A stretch of 63,744 bases of DNA, the filler included, from Lenisia limosa (lineage: Eukaryota > Protista > Breviatea), in assembly GCA_001655205.1 (NCBI GenBank). It is 12 parts of 12 records of this genome, joined end to end, with 100 filler letters (N's around TTAATTAATTAA, not from the genome) between each part and the next. Parts side by side here need not be neighbours in the genome. Positions count along the whole stretch, not along the records: positions 1 to 5,578 come from LPNZ01008519.1; positions 5,679 to 13,976 come from LPNZ01009664.1; 10 more parts are not named here. One strand, given 5' to 3'. The position numbers were made by a program, and so were the translations under genes. Below the pieces are notes generated by a model. That model was not told the DNA's origin. It was given only the letters and a program-made list of their open reading frames with translations, and searched no databases. This document shows positions 1-12,700 of this stretch, one piece after another (positions within the stretch are counted from its first letter, which is position 1; the number at the start of each line of letters is the position of its first letter).

Positions 1-118
1 AACAGAGTTGATTTGGGCTTTTTTATTTAATAAATTTTCCCATTTTTCATCCCCTCCCCCATCATTATTTCCAAAAGTGTCCCCGCAGATGTTGTTAAAA
101 TCGTCTAATATTATACAG

Positions 119-3053
119 ACATATCCCCCGCAACCTTCGGCCACTACGGCGAGGCTGTAAGTGACCTTGTGCGAACCTCTCCCCCCGACTCTACCATGAT
201 GAAGCTCCTGAGCCCTGTTGAGGCTTTCTGTCTTGGCTCGGAGGGAACTGTTTTGTCGCGCGAGGCTATACTAAGGGNNNNNNNNNNNNNNNNNNNNNNN
301 NNNNNNNNNNNNNNNNNNNNNNNNNNNNNNNNNNNNNNNNNNNNNNNNNNNNNNNNNAGTGATTAATAAAGTGCTTCTGTTTGTTGTAAAAAGACGAAAT
401 ATTGATATTTATTGATAATTCACTCTTATTTTTGAACCTTTATGTCAGATAGAGAAAAAAAAAGAGGGGGGGGGGGAGTAAAAAATGCGATTCCTATCTA
501 GGGAAACAAATAACTACATTGGGATACTTACTTGGCGGAGGGTTCAAAAGAGTGTTAAGATTCTATTCGACAGCATGCCGTGTTTTCCTGACATTGTTTC
601 CTGTTAAGTAAAGTGGATGGACCTCATTTTGTAGGCAGTTGACGCCTTGGGAATCTGTCTCAATGCAGTGATAGAGGAGCAAAATAAGCCCAAACTCAAT
701 GTATGAGGGGGAGGGGCGCTTTTCTCTTTCCTTTTATGCTGACCCATATCTATGAGTAATAATATGATATGACCAACCTTCGAGTCGAAATGATGAACAC
801 GAGAATTCATCTCGAGTGTGTCATTATATATATTCAAATTCATGTCTCGGATATCAGATCAATACCCCATTGTATTGCCAAAATCACTCACATTATTGCC
901 TAAATAGCTTTTTTTTTNNNNNNNNNNNNNNNNNNNNNNNNNNNNNNNNNNNNNNNNNNNNNNNNNNNNNNNNNNNNNNNNNNNNNNNNNNNNNNNNNNN
1001 NNNNNNNNNNNNNNNNNNNNNNNNNNNNNNNNNNNNNNNNNNNNNNNNNNNNNNNNNNNNNNNNNNNNTTATGTTTATTTTTTTCAAATTTACTTCCCCC
1101 ACACATACCAGTGACGTTATAGGCCAAAATCACGAGTCAGCTCTGGTCAACAAGCAGTGCCACGAACCAGTAGGGGGAGGGGGGATATATGAGGTCTTGT
1201 TGTGAAAATTGTTGATACAAAGGCAAACAACAAGAGATTTGTGTCATAAGCAAGTGGTGGATTGGGGGACTGAAGGAACTGTTGTATCTATTTTGCAACT
1301 GAAGGAATTTTGGTCTTTTGTGTTCCATAACGTTTCCTTTCCACTCCATTCCACCAATCCCCCCATTTCACACCCCTCAGAACGGTGTCAACACACACAC
1401 AGCAGTCTTCACATGGTTGGGAGGGGGTCCTACCGTTTGTATGGTTTGATACTTGGTTATTCAAACAGTAGTTAGGGCTTCACTTCGGTTCAAATTAAAA
1501 CTGAATCTCTCGATAAATCCCCGAAAACTACCGATAGTAAAACGGTCTTTTACGGACCGAAGTCAAGCCCTAGTAGTAATACCGAAGTAAAGCAACAGTT
1601 TCCCCCATACATTTCCCATTTTTACGTGTCTTTGTCATATTGAAGCGACTGGCGTTTGATTGTTTTGTTGTTATCAACCCTCGTGTTGTCAGCCAACAGA
1701 GTTGATTCTGGGCTTTTTTGTTCCAAAAATTATTCAAATTAATCTCCCAGGACTATCAGTGACAGTGGTTGGAGCGGTGCGGCGAGGAGCAGTACAGAGC
1801 ACGTGTGTGGAAGTCCTGATAACCGACGTCTACGATCGCACACGAGGGTAGGGAGGGGTATTGGGGGATCAAATCAGGTGGTGTGTAGATGTATGTATGT
1901 GTACATATGATATGTATTATTCATAATTTGATATGTATATAATAGTATATAATATGGTATGTATATATAATATAATATGTATATGATATCATATATGATA
2001 TGATAAATATGTATTTATACATATAATATGATATATCATATGTACTAGTGTAAAATATATTATGTATAATTTTTGATATGTAAATGATGGTATTGGGGGA
2101 GGGGGATTCTTCTTGAACCTTGTGTGTTTTGTATTTTTGCCAGAAGAGTTGTGGGTTTTTCTCTTTTCTTTTTTCTTTTTTCTTTTTTCTTTTTTCTTTT
2201 TTCTTTTTTCTTTTTTGATATTTCTCTCATAAATACCCCCCCCCTCAGGCCCCCTATGAACAAGCTCATGGACTGGCTAATTGAGGCAGGAGTCGCCCCC
2301 AGGTACGAATAATTATTCTAATATTCTTTTCACAAAATCTTTTTGTGTGAGCATTTTCCACATGTGAATTGATAATAATTACCTCATATCCACTCGTATG
2401 ATAATTGACCGACAAGTCTCAATGATACTCTGATACACTCGTATGATAATTGACCGACAAGTCTCAATGATAAAGTACATCCCACTTGAAATTTTGATAG
2501 TAAAGTAGTATCAATATTATAGTATTTGCATTAAAATTTTTGAAAGAGCAATATAAATTTATGTGTGTGAAATGAAGTTCAAGTTACACTACGTCCCACT
2601 TCAAATTTTGTTTTTGTTAATTAATTGCACGAAGCCCTAAGTAGTATATACAATATCATATAAACCTGACTTGGACCAGGGACCACCTTATGGCATCCGG
2701 AGCATCTTCGGTCGTAGCATTGTCTCGAATGGGCGGCACGGGGCCAGTTTTTGTGCTTAGTGTCCGGAGTGTGGCAATGGAGTGGCTCGGAGTGGCGACT
2801 TTGANNNNNNNNNNNNNNNNNNNNNNNNNNNNNNNNNNNNNNNNNNNNNNNNNNNNNNNNNNNNNNNNNNNNNNNNNNNNNNNNNNNNNNNNNNNNNNNN
2901 NNNNNNNNNNNNNNNNNNNNNNNNNNNNNNNNNNNNNNNNNNNNNNNNNNNNNTATGAGATGATAAAATAATAAAATCATCGTCCATAGCAAGATTTTGA
3001 CATTTCAGGTATATTGAACAGCTTCGCGCAGACGCATTGATGCGCTACACGTC
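119..3053 (+). CDS. DNA polymerase X family (beta/lambda-like) protein, partial multi-exon, catalytic aspartates substituted
   Basis: Phase-consistent exons 1751-1847, 2249-2302 and 2680-2804+ (plus 119-277 and ~3010-3053) give LSVTVVGAVRRGAVQSTCVEVLIT...LMDWLIEAGVAPRDHL...PVFVLSVRSVAMEWLGVATL...YIEQLRADA. This aligns without gaps to Pol beta GSFRRGAESSGDMDVLLT and RRIDIRLIP. Confidence 0.7.
1473..1572. mobile_element. ~100-bp hairpin MITE, family TAGGGCTTCACTTCGG
   Basis: TIR TAGGGCTTCACTTCGGT / ACCGAAGTCAAGCCCTA, TA at both ends. Confidence 0.9.
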
Positions 3054-5578
3054 AGACACCGTCTCACATTTCAGCACACAGGTGTGTGTGGAGGGTTTAT
3101 TAATAAATGTAATGCGGATGTTGTCAGCAAACAGTTGATTTGAGCTTTTTTTTGTGTCATAAAATTTCCAATTTTACCCCTTCACCAATTGCCCAGAAAC
3201 CGCGACCGGACCCCCTGCCGAGCCTCTCACAGCTCTCGTGTGTGGATGAAAATGAGGAGTCTTCGTGGCTCGGAGATGATGAAAGGTGTGTGTGGGTGTA
3301 GGGACTTCACCTCGATTCAAAAAAGGACCACATTTCTCGATAATAAATCCCCGAAAATTATCGATTTTCACCGGTATTTTTCGAACCGTAGCAAGAGAAA
3401 TGGGTACACGCAGTGATATGATACCTCATATCCACTCGTATGATAATTGACTCAATAATGCTCTGACTCGGGTGAACCCTCATGTTATCGTCATTCATCA
3501 TTTCGACTTCTATCATATGATCATATTACAAGTGGATATATATTGGATTATCATATCATATGGGAGGGGTGGGGGCCTGGACATTGTTCCTCGTCGTGTT
3601 AGCCATGATAATTTAGTTGGGCTTTTTAAAGGCAGGCTTGGGCTTGTTTTTTTTTGTGTGTGTTTTTGTCATCTGGCTTTTGTCTAGTTTAAGCGTTGGT
3701 TGCTCATGTTTGTTATTTTATTCCACTGGTTATTGAGGTTTTGCAACTGATAACGTGTTGTTAGTTCAAAAACATTGATTTTGAAACATGTTTTGTGTCT
3801 TGTATGAAAGTTAAGAGATGGATTATTTTATTTCTCTGTTGAAACCTATCACTTCCTTTCTTCTTCGACTATGATAGTGTAAGGATATTGAGATCGGTAT
3901 ATTGAACTCAAAAATATTTCAAAAGAGGAATTGTTATTCATATTTTTTGTTAAATCTCAGATGANNNNNNNNNNAATTCGTTTTACTTCTTCTGACCGCA
4001 AGCCTTAAGGGCCCTACCTTTTTAAAATGAGTAGGATTCTAATGATTGGTTGATGATTGGTAAATAATGGTGACATCACGATAAGCAAGATAGGGCGATT
4101 TTACCGAAGTGAAACTCATATAAAGTCATTCTAAAAAACTGGATAAAGACAGAAGGAGGCGCACTCTATGAGGAGTTCCAACAAGGGCCAAAGAAATTGA
4201 CATTAATGAAACTAATTACTATACTTCAATTAACTGTTAGGTGTTTCCCTTGAAAAAATGAGAAAAATAAAAATGAAGTCAAAGATCGCTGATCAGGGAT
4301 CTTTAATTTCCCCAAAAAATCAGTCTCTGTTTTGCCCTTTCCCACATGTTTGCCTATTATTTTTCTTCTTTAAACACAATTGTTTGATATTTAGAAACAT
4401 GTCAACACCAAATAATCAAGATTTTGAAAAAGTTACAAAAACTAGGAGTCAGTTAAATTTGGTCTTATTCTTAATTATTGCTTTGTTTTGTCGTGTCGCT
4501 TCACCCATGAAAAGAAAAAAACTTGTCAAACTTTATTTTAGTACATAGAAATTTCTTTTTCAATAGAAAATATCATCATTCATTTTCTTTGCGGGCTGTT
4601 GAGGTTCCCCCCCCCCCTGTCNNNNNNNNNNTTGTTTGTTTGGAGTTTCAGATTATTCGGTTCGTGATTAGTACCTTTACGCCAATANNNNNNNNNNNNN
4701 NNNNNNNNNNNNNNNNNNNNNNNNNNNNNNNNNNNNNNNNNNNNNNNNNNNNNNNNNNNNNNNNNNNNNNNNNNNNNNNNNGACGTACTTGAGGGGCGTT
4801 ACAGCCCCTCATTGGACATAATTATCTTGCTTGATTGTCACTCATGACGGTTAAATACAGACTTTCACTTGTATCTTATTGGGTTTATTTTACATAAAAT
4901 CTTGCCAGTCTGGTTATGGGGAGTGAAAGTATTTCCAAGTAAATTCTCTGCTTCCATACCCCTTGGTGCAGTCTCACCACGGGAATAGCCAATTTTGACG
5001 CAATTCACTAGACCTCTGCAATCTCCCCGAGTCCACTTACTCGGAGTGCATATTCGTCCAAGCTCGGGGCCGCTGGAGGGTAGGCCGGGTTTCACTTCTC
5101 TCCCGGCTCGACCGCAGGGGTTTGGAAATGTTGAAACCGAAAAAGGTTAGTGGTAATGGAGGCTAATTGAACTGATTTTGGGGGATTTATGAAGAAAAGT
5201 CGTCGAATTTTTGTGTCGAAATAGCTTCCAACCAAGAACACATCTCTGGATGGTATGAGGGCTCTTATCTTAAAATGCTTATCAGGGATTAGATTAATGA
5301 AACTTGGAACGCAATGACTTCAATAGCTGGATGAGTCCTCTCTCTTCTCTGTTTTTCTTTAATTTAACACTTTGACGGCATTAGCAGTGATGTGGTTTAA
5401 AGATTTCCTTAAACTCCATTCCAAAAAGACTTCAAACTCACAATAATACCAAAAACGAATGCATTGAAATCAGAAAACACCCGGTACATTACCTCAGACT
5501 TGTGATGGACGCTGTAAGGGCCTGGAAACGCTTCTTTGACGGCCAACAGGAGGGAAGGACGGTTCTGACCTTTTCCAC

Positions 5579-5678
5579 NNNNNNNNNNNNNNNNNNNNNN
5601 NNNNNNNNNNNNNNNNNNNNNNTTAATTAATTAANNNNNNNNNNNNNNNNNNNNNNNNNNNNNNNNNNNNNNNNNNNN
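5579..5678. other. Artificial scaffold linker N44-TTAATTAATTAA-N44 (11 copies in window)
   Basis: Identical 100-nt spacer with stops in all six frames at 5579, 13977, 18803, 23428, 26070, 29894, 31393, 33135, 36253, 47262 and 60485. Genes are truncated at these points. Confidence 0.97.
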
Positions 5679-5913
5679 GCTTCCGGTTGATGGGGGAGGG
5701 CTGATGCCGGGCTGGGCTCGGCATGGTCTTCACGGACTTGGGCGTGGGCGGGCAGTTGGCTACTGCCTTGGGGGTTGCTGGGGGAGAGGTTTTGGGGGCT
5801 CTCCTGGCGAGGGATTGCGGGGTAGGGGGGCGACGATTAGAAATGGACTGACTTCCAAAGGCGCTGAAGTTGGGCGGTCTAGGGGTGTTTCCGAGCCTTC
5901 TGCCGCTGAGAGC

Positions 5914-7200
5914 CTAAAAAGTTATGCCTTTAGTTTGGAAACCAATATGAGGTAGAACATGATGCAGGCATTTCATAAAACTATTATGCACATTGATAGT
6001 AGGAATGCGCAAAAAAAAAAGAAAAAAAAAAGGCACAGACAGACCTGTGGAGGGGGNNNNNNNNNNNNNNNNNNNNNNNNNNNNNNNNNNNNNNNNNNNN
6101 NNNNNNNNNNNNNNNNNNNNNNNNNNNNCCACGTTTGGGGTAGGTGCGGCACTTGACGCCTTGCTTGAAGCAACAGAAGGGGCAACAGAGGGCGGTGGAA
6201 CAACACTGCCACCTCCGTTCATACTCACATCAGTATCTTCAGGTGGGAACAGTGAGTCTAATGGGTCACGCGTTGATCGGGGCGGGGTGTGGTGACTCTC
6301 TCTGGGTATGGTGAAAAGGCCATTGCAAAACATATGCGGGTCCCACAAATGAAGAAGTCCTTTCTTGGATTAAATTGAAGCACTCAAAAAAAAAGAGACG
6401 AGACTTGATACATATTTCTTACTCATGGCAACAAGAACTTATATTTAATTGCTTTTAAAAAAAAATTAATAGCATTTTGTGATAGTAGAGGAAATACCAT
6501 ATCTTAAGATAATAGATTAATCTAAAATATTAATAACGTCTTATTGTCCGTGGCCGAACCTGGTTGGGGAGGGAAAGCGAGCTTGAGGGGGCTGGGAGTG
6601 GTAGGGGTAGGCGGCGTGTTGGGAAAGGTACCTAGGGAGCAGTCAGCTATGTCAAAATAGGGTAGCGAATAAAGAACATGGTCGGTCGTTTAATTATTAT
6701 TTGAAGAAAAGAAAGTGCGAATTTAATATATACCGTGGTATCTTGTCCGACAAAATCACGTTTCCCCTTCAGAACCGATCAAAACTTGACATAGTCAATG
6801 TACACATTGTGAATGAGGCATAATAAAATGCACCAGAAAACACAAACCTTGGATCATACTGAGGCTGAGGTTGGGGATAGAACCCGAGGGGAGCAGGAGG
6901 CAGATATGGATATGGCTGGTATGGGTAGGCAGGCATCGCAGGGTACTGCATGGGGGCTTGTGGTGGCGGATAGTACATCGGCGGCCACGGTTGTTGAGGA
7001 GGGGGNNNNNNNNNNNNNNNNNNNNNNNNNNNNNNNNNNNNNNNNNNNNNNNNNNNNNNNNNNNNNNNNNNNNNNNNNNNNNNNNNNNNNCAAAAGGGGC
7101 TTGAGAACCTGGCGGGGTATTTTGCGTCATCCCAGGATTTCTGCTCTTATCAAGTGCACTGTTCAGCATCTTGGACTGCTCAGTCACCACAGACGACAAC
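5914..7200 (-). CDS. Possible Pro/Tyr/Ser-rich low-complexity protein fragments
   Basis: Frames such as YYPPPQAPMQYPAMPAYPYQPYPYLPPAPLGFYPQPQPQYDPR and SVVPPPSVAPSVASSKASSAAPTP. Gaps interrupt them and no domain was recognised. Confidence 0.35.
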
Positions 7201-8485
7201 TGCTTTACCTCCTAAAACGCTGATCAGAGAGATGGTGAGCAACGGGGAAGAACTCATTTGGTATTCTTATTGGAATAATGAAATTATAAGCAACAACATG
7301 TGAGAATCCAGCGATATGACCGAAAGAGGTGGCCTTAGAAAAGCAAGAAAAAACGAAACAGTTTCTCCAACCTCTCGAAGGCGGCGAATGTTCGCCGTGC
7401 GAGGCGTTTCCGCCATTTTCATGGTAACCAATTCAAATAGAGACCGTCTTAAAAAACTTGACAAAAAAATATTCAGTGATTCTGCTAATTCATTACATGT
7501 GCCTTTCAATAACTATATTATATGTTCTTCAATTGTTATTTTCAAATCGTTTATTCCAACACAAAACATTTTTTCTTTTTTTTTATATACGCGCGTTGAG
7601 CGTTGAGCGCTTCCTTATTAGGAAAATAGGCAGAAATGAGATCCTCTATTCAGCTCCTGGGAGAATACATGCAATGCATTATTTGTTTAATGTAATTGAT
7701 TGCTAATGTAAGCAGCCGCTAATATTATACTTTTGTCACTGGGCACATGATCCAGTGCTCTACCCGGTGAAGTTGCTCCCCTTGCTCTTCCAAACGGTTG
7801 GTATTTCTGCGATTGGGTGTTAAATCTCTGGTAATTGTTCAAGATTTGAAGGAATTTTGATCTGATATCCCAGGAAAGGAAATGTTTCATTCAGTGGAGG
7901 AGGATCGGCAGACTAATCCTTGATTGTCAACGATCAACCAACAAGCACTAAGATGAACAACGAGCTGAATCCATCGGAAAAGGAAGTCCAAAAGAGGCAA
8001 ATTCATTTGTGAGCAGGGATATATATCAAGTCAGTGCAGTGCGCCTTGTATCAAGTCCAAGGCGGATCAAGTCTTCTTTATCTTCAATCGTGTTCTCCTC
8101 GACAACACTTGAACTTTTGTCCGCTAAATTTTCTATCTGTTCTTCTGTGATTATTATTTAAATACTTTTTGTTTGTTTACCAATGTCCACCCAATTATTT
8201 CAAGTTATTTCAAAAAGCACACAAGTGCATACACACACACACATACTGAAGCTACTTCATCCAAGATACCATCCGTCAAGTTCAATTCACCTCTTTGCTT
8301 TCGTTAAAATTGTTGGAGCAATAAGGTTGTTTTTACATATTGGACTGTCATCTTTCAAAAATCACCAGGGATGAGTGATAAAAAGGGTAGGTGTGATACT
8401 TACCTCTAAAGGCAAGTGTTATATGTAAATGTGAGTTATTGTTCATGGAATCATGGATAGTCAAATGCTATTATCCCTATGAAAC

Positions 8486-9165
8486 AAACACTCCTGCAGT
8501 AACCCAAGACCACACGCAAAAACATGGAATTGTAATTGCTAGCTTACCACATGTTAATATCCCTATGAAAAATTTGAGGAGAAATTGCTGAAAATAGTTA
8601 TTGGAAAATGTGCTTTTTAGCGCTTCCTCACCACACTCAAAAACATGGAATTGTAATTGCTAGCTTACCACATGTTAATATCCCTCTGAAAAATTTGAGG
8701 AGAAGTTGTGGAAAATAGTTTATGGAAAATGTGCTTTTTAGCACTTCCTCTACAAACACTCCTGCAGTAACCCAAGATCACACGCAAAAACATGGAATTG
8801 TAATTGCTTGCTTACCACATGTTAATATCCCTATGAAAAATTTGAGGAGAAGTTGTGGAAAATAGTTTATGGAAAATGTGCCTTTTAGCACTTCCTCTAC
8901 AAACACTCCTGCAGTAACCCAAGACCACACGCAAAAACATGGAATTGTAATTGCTTGCTTACCACATGTTAATATCCCTATGAAAAATTTGAGGAGAAGT
9001 TGTGGAAAATAGTTTATGGAAAATGTGCTTTTTAGCACTTCCTCTACAAACACTCCTGCAGTAACCCAAGATCACACGCAAAAACATGGAATTGTAATTG
9101 CTTGCTTACCACAAGTTAATATCCCTATGAAAAATTTGAGGAGAAGTTGCTGAAAATAGTTTTGG
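8486..9165. repeat. 147-bp tandem repeat, ~4.7 units
   Basis: AAACACTCCTGCAGTAACCCAAGA recurs at 8486, 8754, 8901 and 9048 (147-bp spacing). The second unit carries a ~26-bp deletion. Confidence 0.95.
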
Positions 9166-9249
9166 AACTACGCAGTTGAAGAAAACATTTGATAATCACT
9201 TCACTTTGAAACAAGAGAACTGTAATAACTGGCTGGATTTTTGAACTTT

Positions 9250-9330
9250 GTTTTCTTATCTTATTGAACTCTGTTTATCTTATCTTATTGAACTCTGTTT
9301 ATCTTATGTTATTAAACTCTGTTTATCCAT
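9250..9330. repeat. 19-bp minisatellite (TTATCTTATTGAACTCTGT)x3-4
   Basis: Direct inspection. Confidence 0.85.
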
Positions 9331-9764
9331 GATTTCTTGATGTTATAGATCCTCTTTGACAAACCTCCTCATTTTTTAGGAACGCCAATGTCACCACACT
9401 GCTTTTATTTTTGAATATATTTGACAGTTGTTGGGTTTCATGGTTTCACGTGAACATCTGGACATGAGAACACAGCGAGAATGGGAACACCACCAACACA
9501 TATTTTACAATAGTGTATCTTTTAAGACAGTGTTCGCTGATGGCTGGATGTCTGCATGATTGAATGAGACATTGACAGACATAAAATAAAACATGGGGAG
9601 TATATACTTTTCTTTTTTGTTTTCGTTTTTTCATTTTTTTTTTTTTTTTGTTGTTTNNNNNNNNNNNNNNNNNNNNNNNNNNNNNNNNNNNNNNNNNNNN
9701 NNNNNNNNNNNNNNNNNNNNNNNNNNNNNNNNNNNNNNNATACTGTGTTTTGTGGCGACTGAAA

Positions 9765-12700
9765 ATGGGAGGAATGAAGAAGAAATGCGCCAAGGGCTAT
9801 AGAGTGAGTGACGCCCGGGGTCCTTTTCTTTCCTTTCAGCGTGGTTATGATGATAAACATGTCAATAAGGCTTAACCGACCAGGTGGCTTCTCGACCCGT
9901 TCAACTTTTCCCGGAATCTAATCAAGATGAAACCAAGGATCTTCAGGATTTCGTTGAGGATGTGCTGAAGGAGAATAGTAGGCTCTTATTATTATTCATC
10001 AAGGGCAAGGGGTGGGGGTTAAGTCCTCTGTTGATTGCAAATAGATTTCTGCCAGCAATTCTAGAGCGTGAAGGAATTGTGAAAGCGAACTCCCCCTTTT
10101 GATTTTCCACCACCAACACCAAAATAATTTTGCTCTTCATTGCTGTCAAGAATTTAGGGAATCTCCCCACTGCATTTGATGGCCCAAAACAGGGGAACTT
10201 TTGAGTAGAAACAAAGGATTATTTTACTTTCCCGGTTGTATTTTATGTTTGTTGAAGGCAATATTCGATATTTATCATTCCTGCTGATTGCGGCCACAAT
10301 ACTACGATTTATTGAATAAAATGAAAAGTCGGATCAATTGAAATATGACATGATTGCGATATGACATCCCAGCCCCTCCTGAAGGAGAAGCGCGCATTAA
10401 AATCCCTGATCTCATTGAGCTATTTGAAATCTCCAAGGGCCTGCGCTACCAAAGCCCTATTGATCACTACGGTGGGCACCACTGGGTTTGTCCATTTATT
10501 TCGAAATCGATTCAGTATTTGACTGTGGTAGCGGGTGGCATTGTTGTTATGAAGACCTTTTTGGGGCCAAATCAAAATCATACGGATTTGTTCAACGTAT
10601 TATTTACACCGTAGTTGTGTCCAACCAATTCGAGGGCAACGCTGGTGATGAGACTGCCAAAGTAGCTTGTGAGTTCAAAGTATGTTTGGGGTGATGGGTT
10701 GGAGAAAAACAAGGAGATTCAGTTTTGTCCATTTTTTTTTCAAGCTTGGTTTGTTGTTGATTCACCATTGTATATTACGAACACTTCTTTCCATCCTTCC
10801 TCAACTGGATAAAATTCACACGGTTCAGATCGATGTGATCGGAGCTGGCTGGATTTCGGCCCCCCTTCTCTCCACCGACGTCGCAGTTGACGACATCAAA
10901 ATCTCCTTTGAGCCTAAGAACAAAGATGGTGGGGGCTAATGAAGGATGGTTTATGCAATGTCCGTGTAACAGTGGGGCTTTATTCGATATAAAAATGCCG
11001 TTTAAGCATCTCAACGTAAATTGAATACTCTTTCTTATTCATTTGGAATACCATTTAAAGTCGCTTTTGATCCACGTCACTATTTGCGATATAATTAGTG
11101 GTTCCCTATGGTCCGGTTCGGACCGGTCCGGTCTTCTTGAGATATTTAAATGAGCAGTCCGGTCCGGTCCGGTCCGGACCGCTCAAAAAATAAACAAAAG
11201 TGGGTAAAAAAAAAAAGAAAAAAATCAAGAAAAAAAGAGTACCAAGAGGTATTAACAATAGTTTGAACTGTTGTTTATCCCATTCAGCCAATTGGAATAT
11301 ATAATTGAACACAATTAACCCAGACACTGTATTTTTTGGATAAAACTCCTTTGTTTTTGAACGGTCCGGTTCGGTCCGGTCTTTTTGGAATAAAAATTTG
11401 AGCGGTCCGGTCCGGTCCGGTAAAAAGACCGGACCGGACCGAAGGGAACCACAAGACAAATGCGTCAACTATCCAATAATGACATACGCTGGAGTGAAGG
11501 GATGCGGTGCTGCAGAAGCGACTGACCTAGGNNNNNNNNNNNNNNNNNNNNNNNNNNNNNNNNNNNNNNNNNNNNNNNNNNNNNNNNNNNNNNNNNNNNN
11601 NNNNNNNNNNNNNNNNNNNNNNNNNNNNNNNNNNNNNNNNNNNNNNNNNNNNNNNNNNNNNNNNNNNNNNNNNNNNNNNNNNNNNNNNNNNNNNNNNNNN
11701 NNNNNNNNNNNNNNNNNNNNNNNNNNNNNNNNCAGCGCCAATGAACACCATGTCATGGCCATGTATGAGGGGTACCGATATTCCGTCATTGCTCCTCCGA
11801 CCACCTCTATTCTTCAGGCCCGATAAAAGTTTACTTTAGTCATCACCTCTAATCACTTAGGCCCGATAAGCAGTTTACTTTAGTCTGCAAGGGGAAGGGC
11901 ATCTACACCGTTCAAATGGTTGCGCGTGTCAAATACCTTTCACAGAGGGGTGAGTAGCAATATGTTATTAGCGATGCTGCTTAATCCTTTCCACTGTATT
12001 CACGAGGCTCAAAACATAAACTTCCGCTTCATAGTAAATAATATGAATGGTCTACTATTCAAGCTAAGTCCTTTTTATGTTTGACATTTTAGCCCGTTCT
12101 GTTAGTTTTGCTGTGCCTTGCGCCGTCTCCAACCACATCCAATGGAACATTCCTGTAGGGCTGGATACCTTGTTTTTGTTGTATAAATGTGTTTGCATCT
12201 TTACGGATGCGGGGCTGAAGAAGCGACTGGCTGAGCGTTGTTTGTTTTGTTGTTTTGAATCCTTGTGTGCTGTTAGCCGACAGAGTTGATTTTGGTCTTT
12301 TTTGTTTCATAAATTTTCCAATTTTACNNNNNNNNNNNNNNNNNNNNNNNNNNNNNNNNNNNNNNNNNNNNNNNNNNNNNNNNNNNNNNNNNNNNNNNNN
12401 NNNNNNCGAGCCTGCTTGCTACGCACACGCACACCGACGACGCCACCAAGGTCGAGGCTGTCATGTCGCCCTCGCGCAAGGTCACTGTGGAGTGGAGCGA
12501 GAAGGAGGTCGAAGTGGAGCTTGAGGAACAGGTGAGCAAAATACCTGAGGGTTATTTTTACGACCGCATTTGCACTAAATACGCCACTGGGTTGCCATAT
12601 ATTTTATTCAACCCCCCTCCTCCCCATACATCATCGAAGTCTCACCCCCCAAGGTCGAGCCCACCCCCGTTGAAACAGTGTGTACGGCCGAGTCCCTCAC

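Noticed and set aside
89-118. In-frame TAA (106-108) in DVVKIV*YYTDISP, suggesting TAA=Gln recoding
   Set aside because: CTAAT...CAG (to 118) is an ordinary branch point and acceptor. All conserved exons examined (SKI2, M16, ANK, AAA) lack in-frame TAA/TAG.
1890-2215. ATATG-rich and (TTTTTTC)n tracts producing short ORFs
   Set aside because: Low-complexity intronic microsatellites. ORF-track hits there, and those spanning N runs, are artefacts.
2391-2472. 37-bp direct duplication (45-bp period; partial copy at ~3424), and a similar 20-bp duplication at ~13720-13760
   Set aside because: Consistent with local slippage or small intronic repeats. No functional signal.
4790-5560. Protein-like but stop-ridden minus-strand frames
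   Set aside because: No motif could be assigned. It may be old TE debris, but that is unsupported without a search.
5623-5634. TTAATTAATTAA as a biological motif (PacI-like site or TSD)
   Set aside because: Always centred in exactly 44+44 Ns. It is a synthetic six-frame-stop linker.
7267-8150. Intron-less degraded frames next to the 147-bp array (possible TE gene)
   Set aside because: No transposase, helicase or RT motif recognised.
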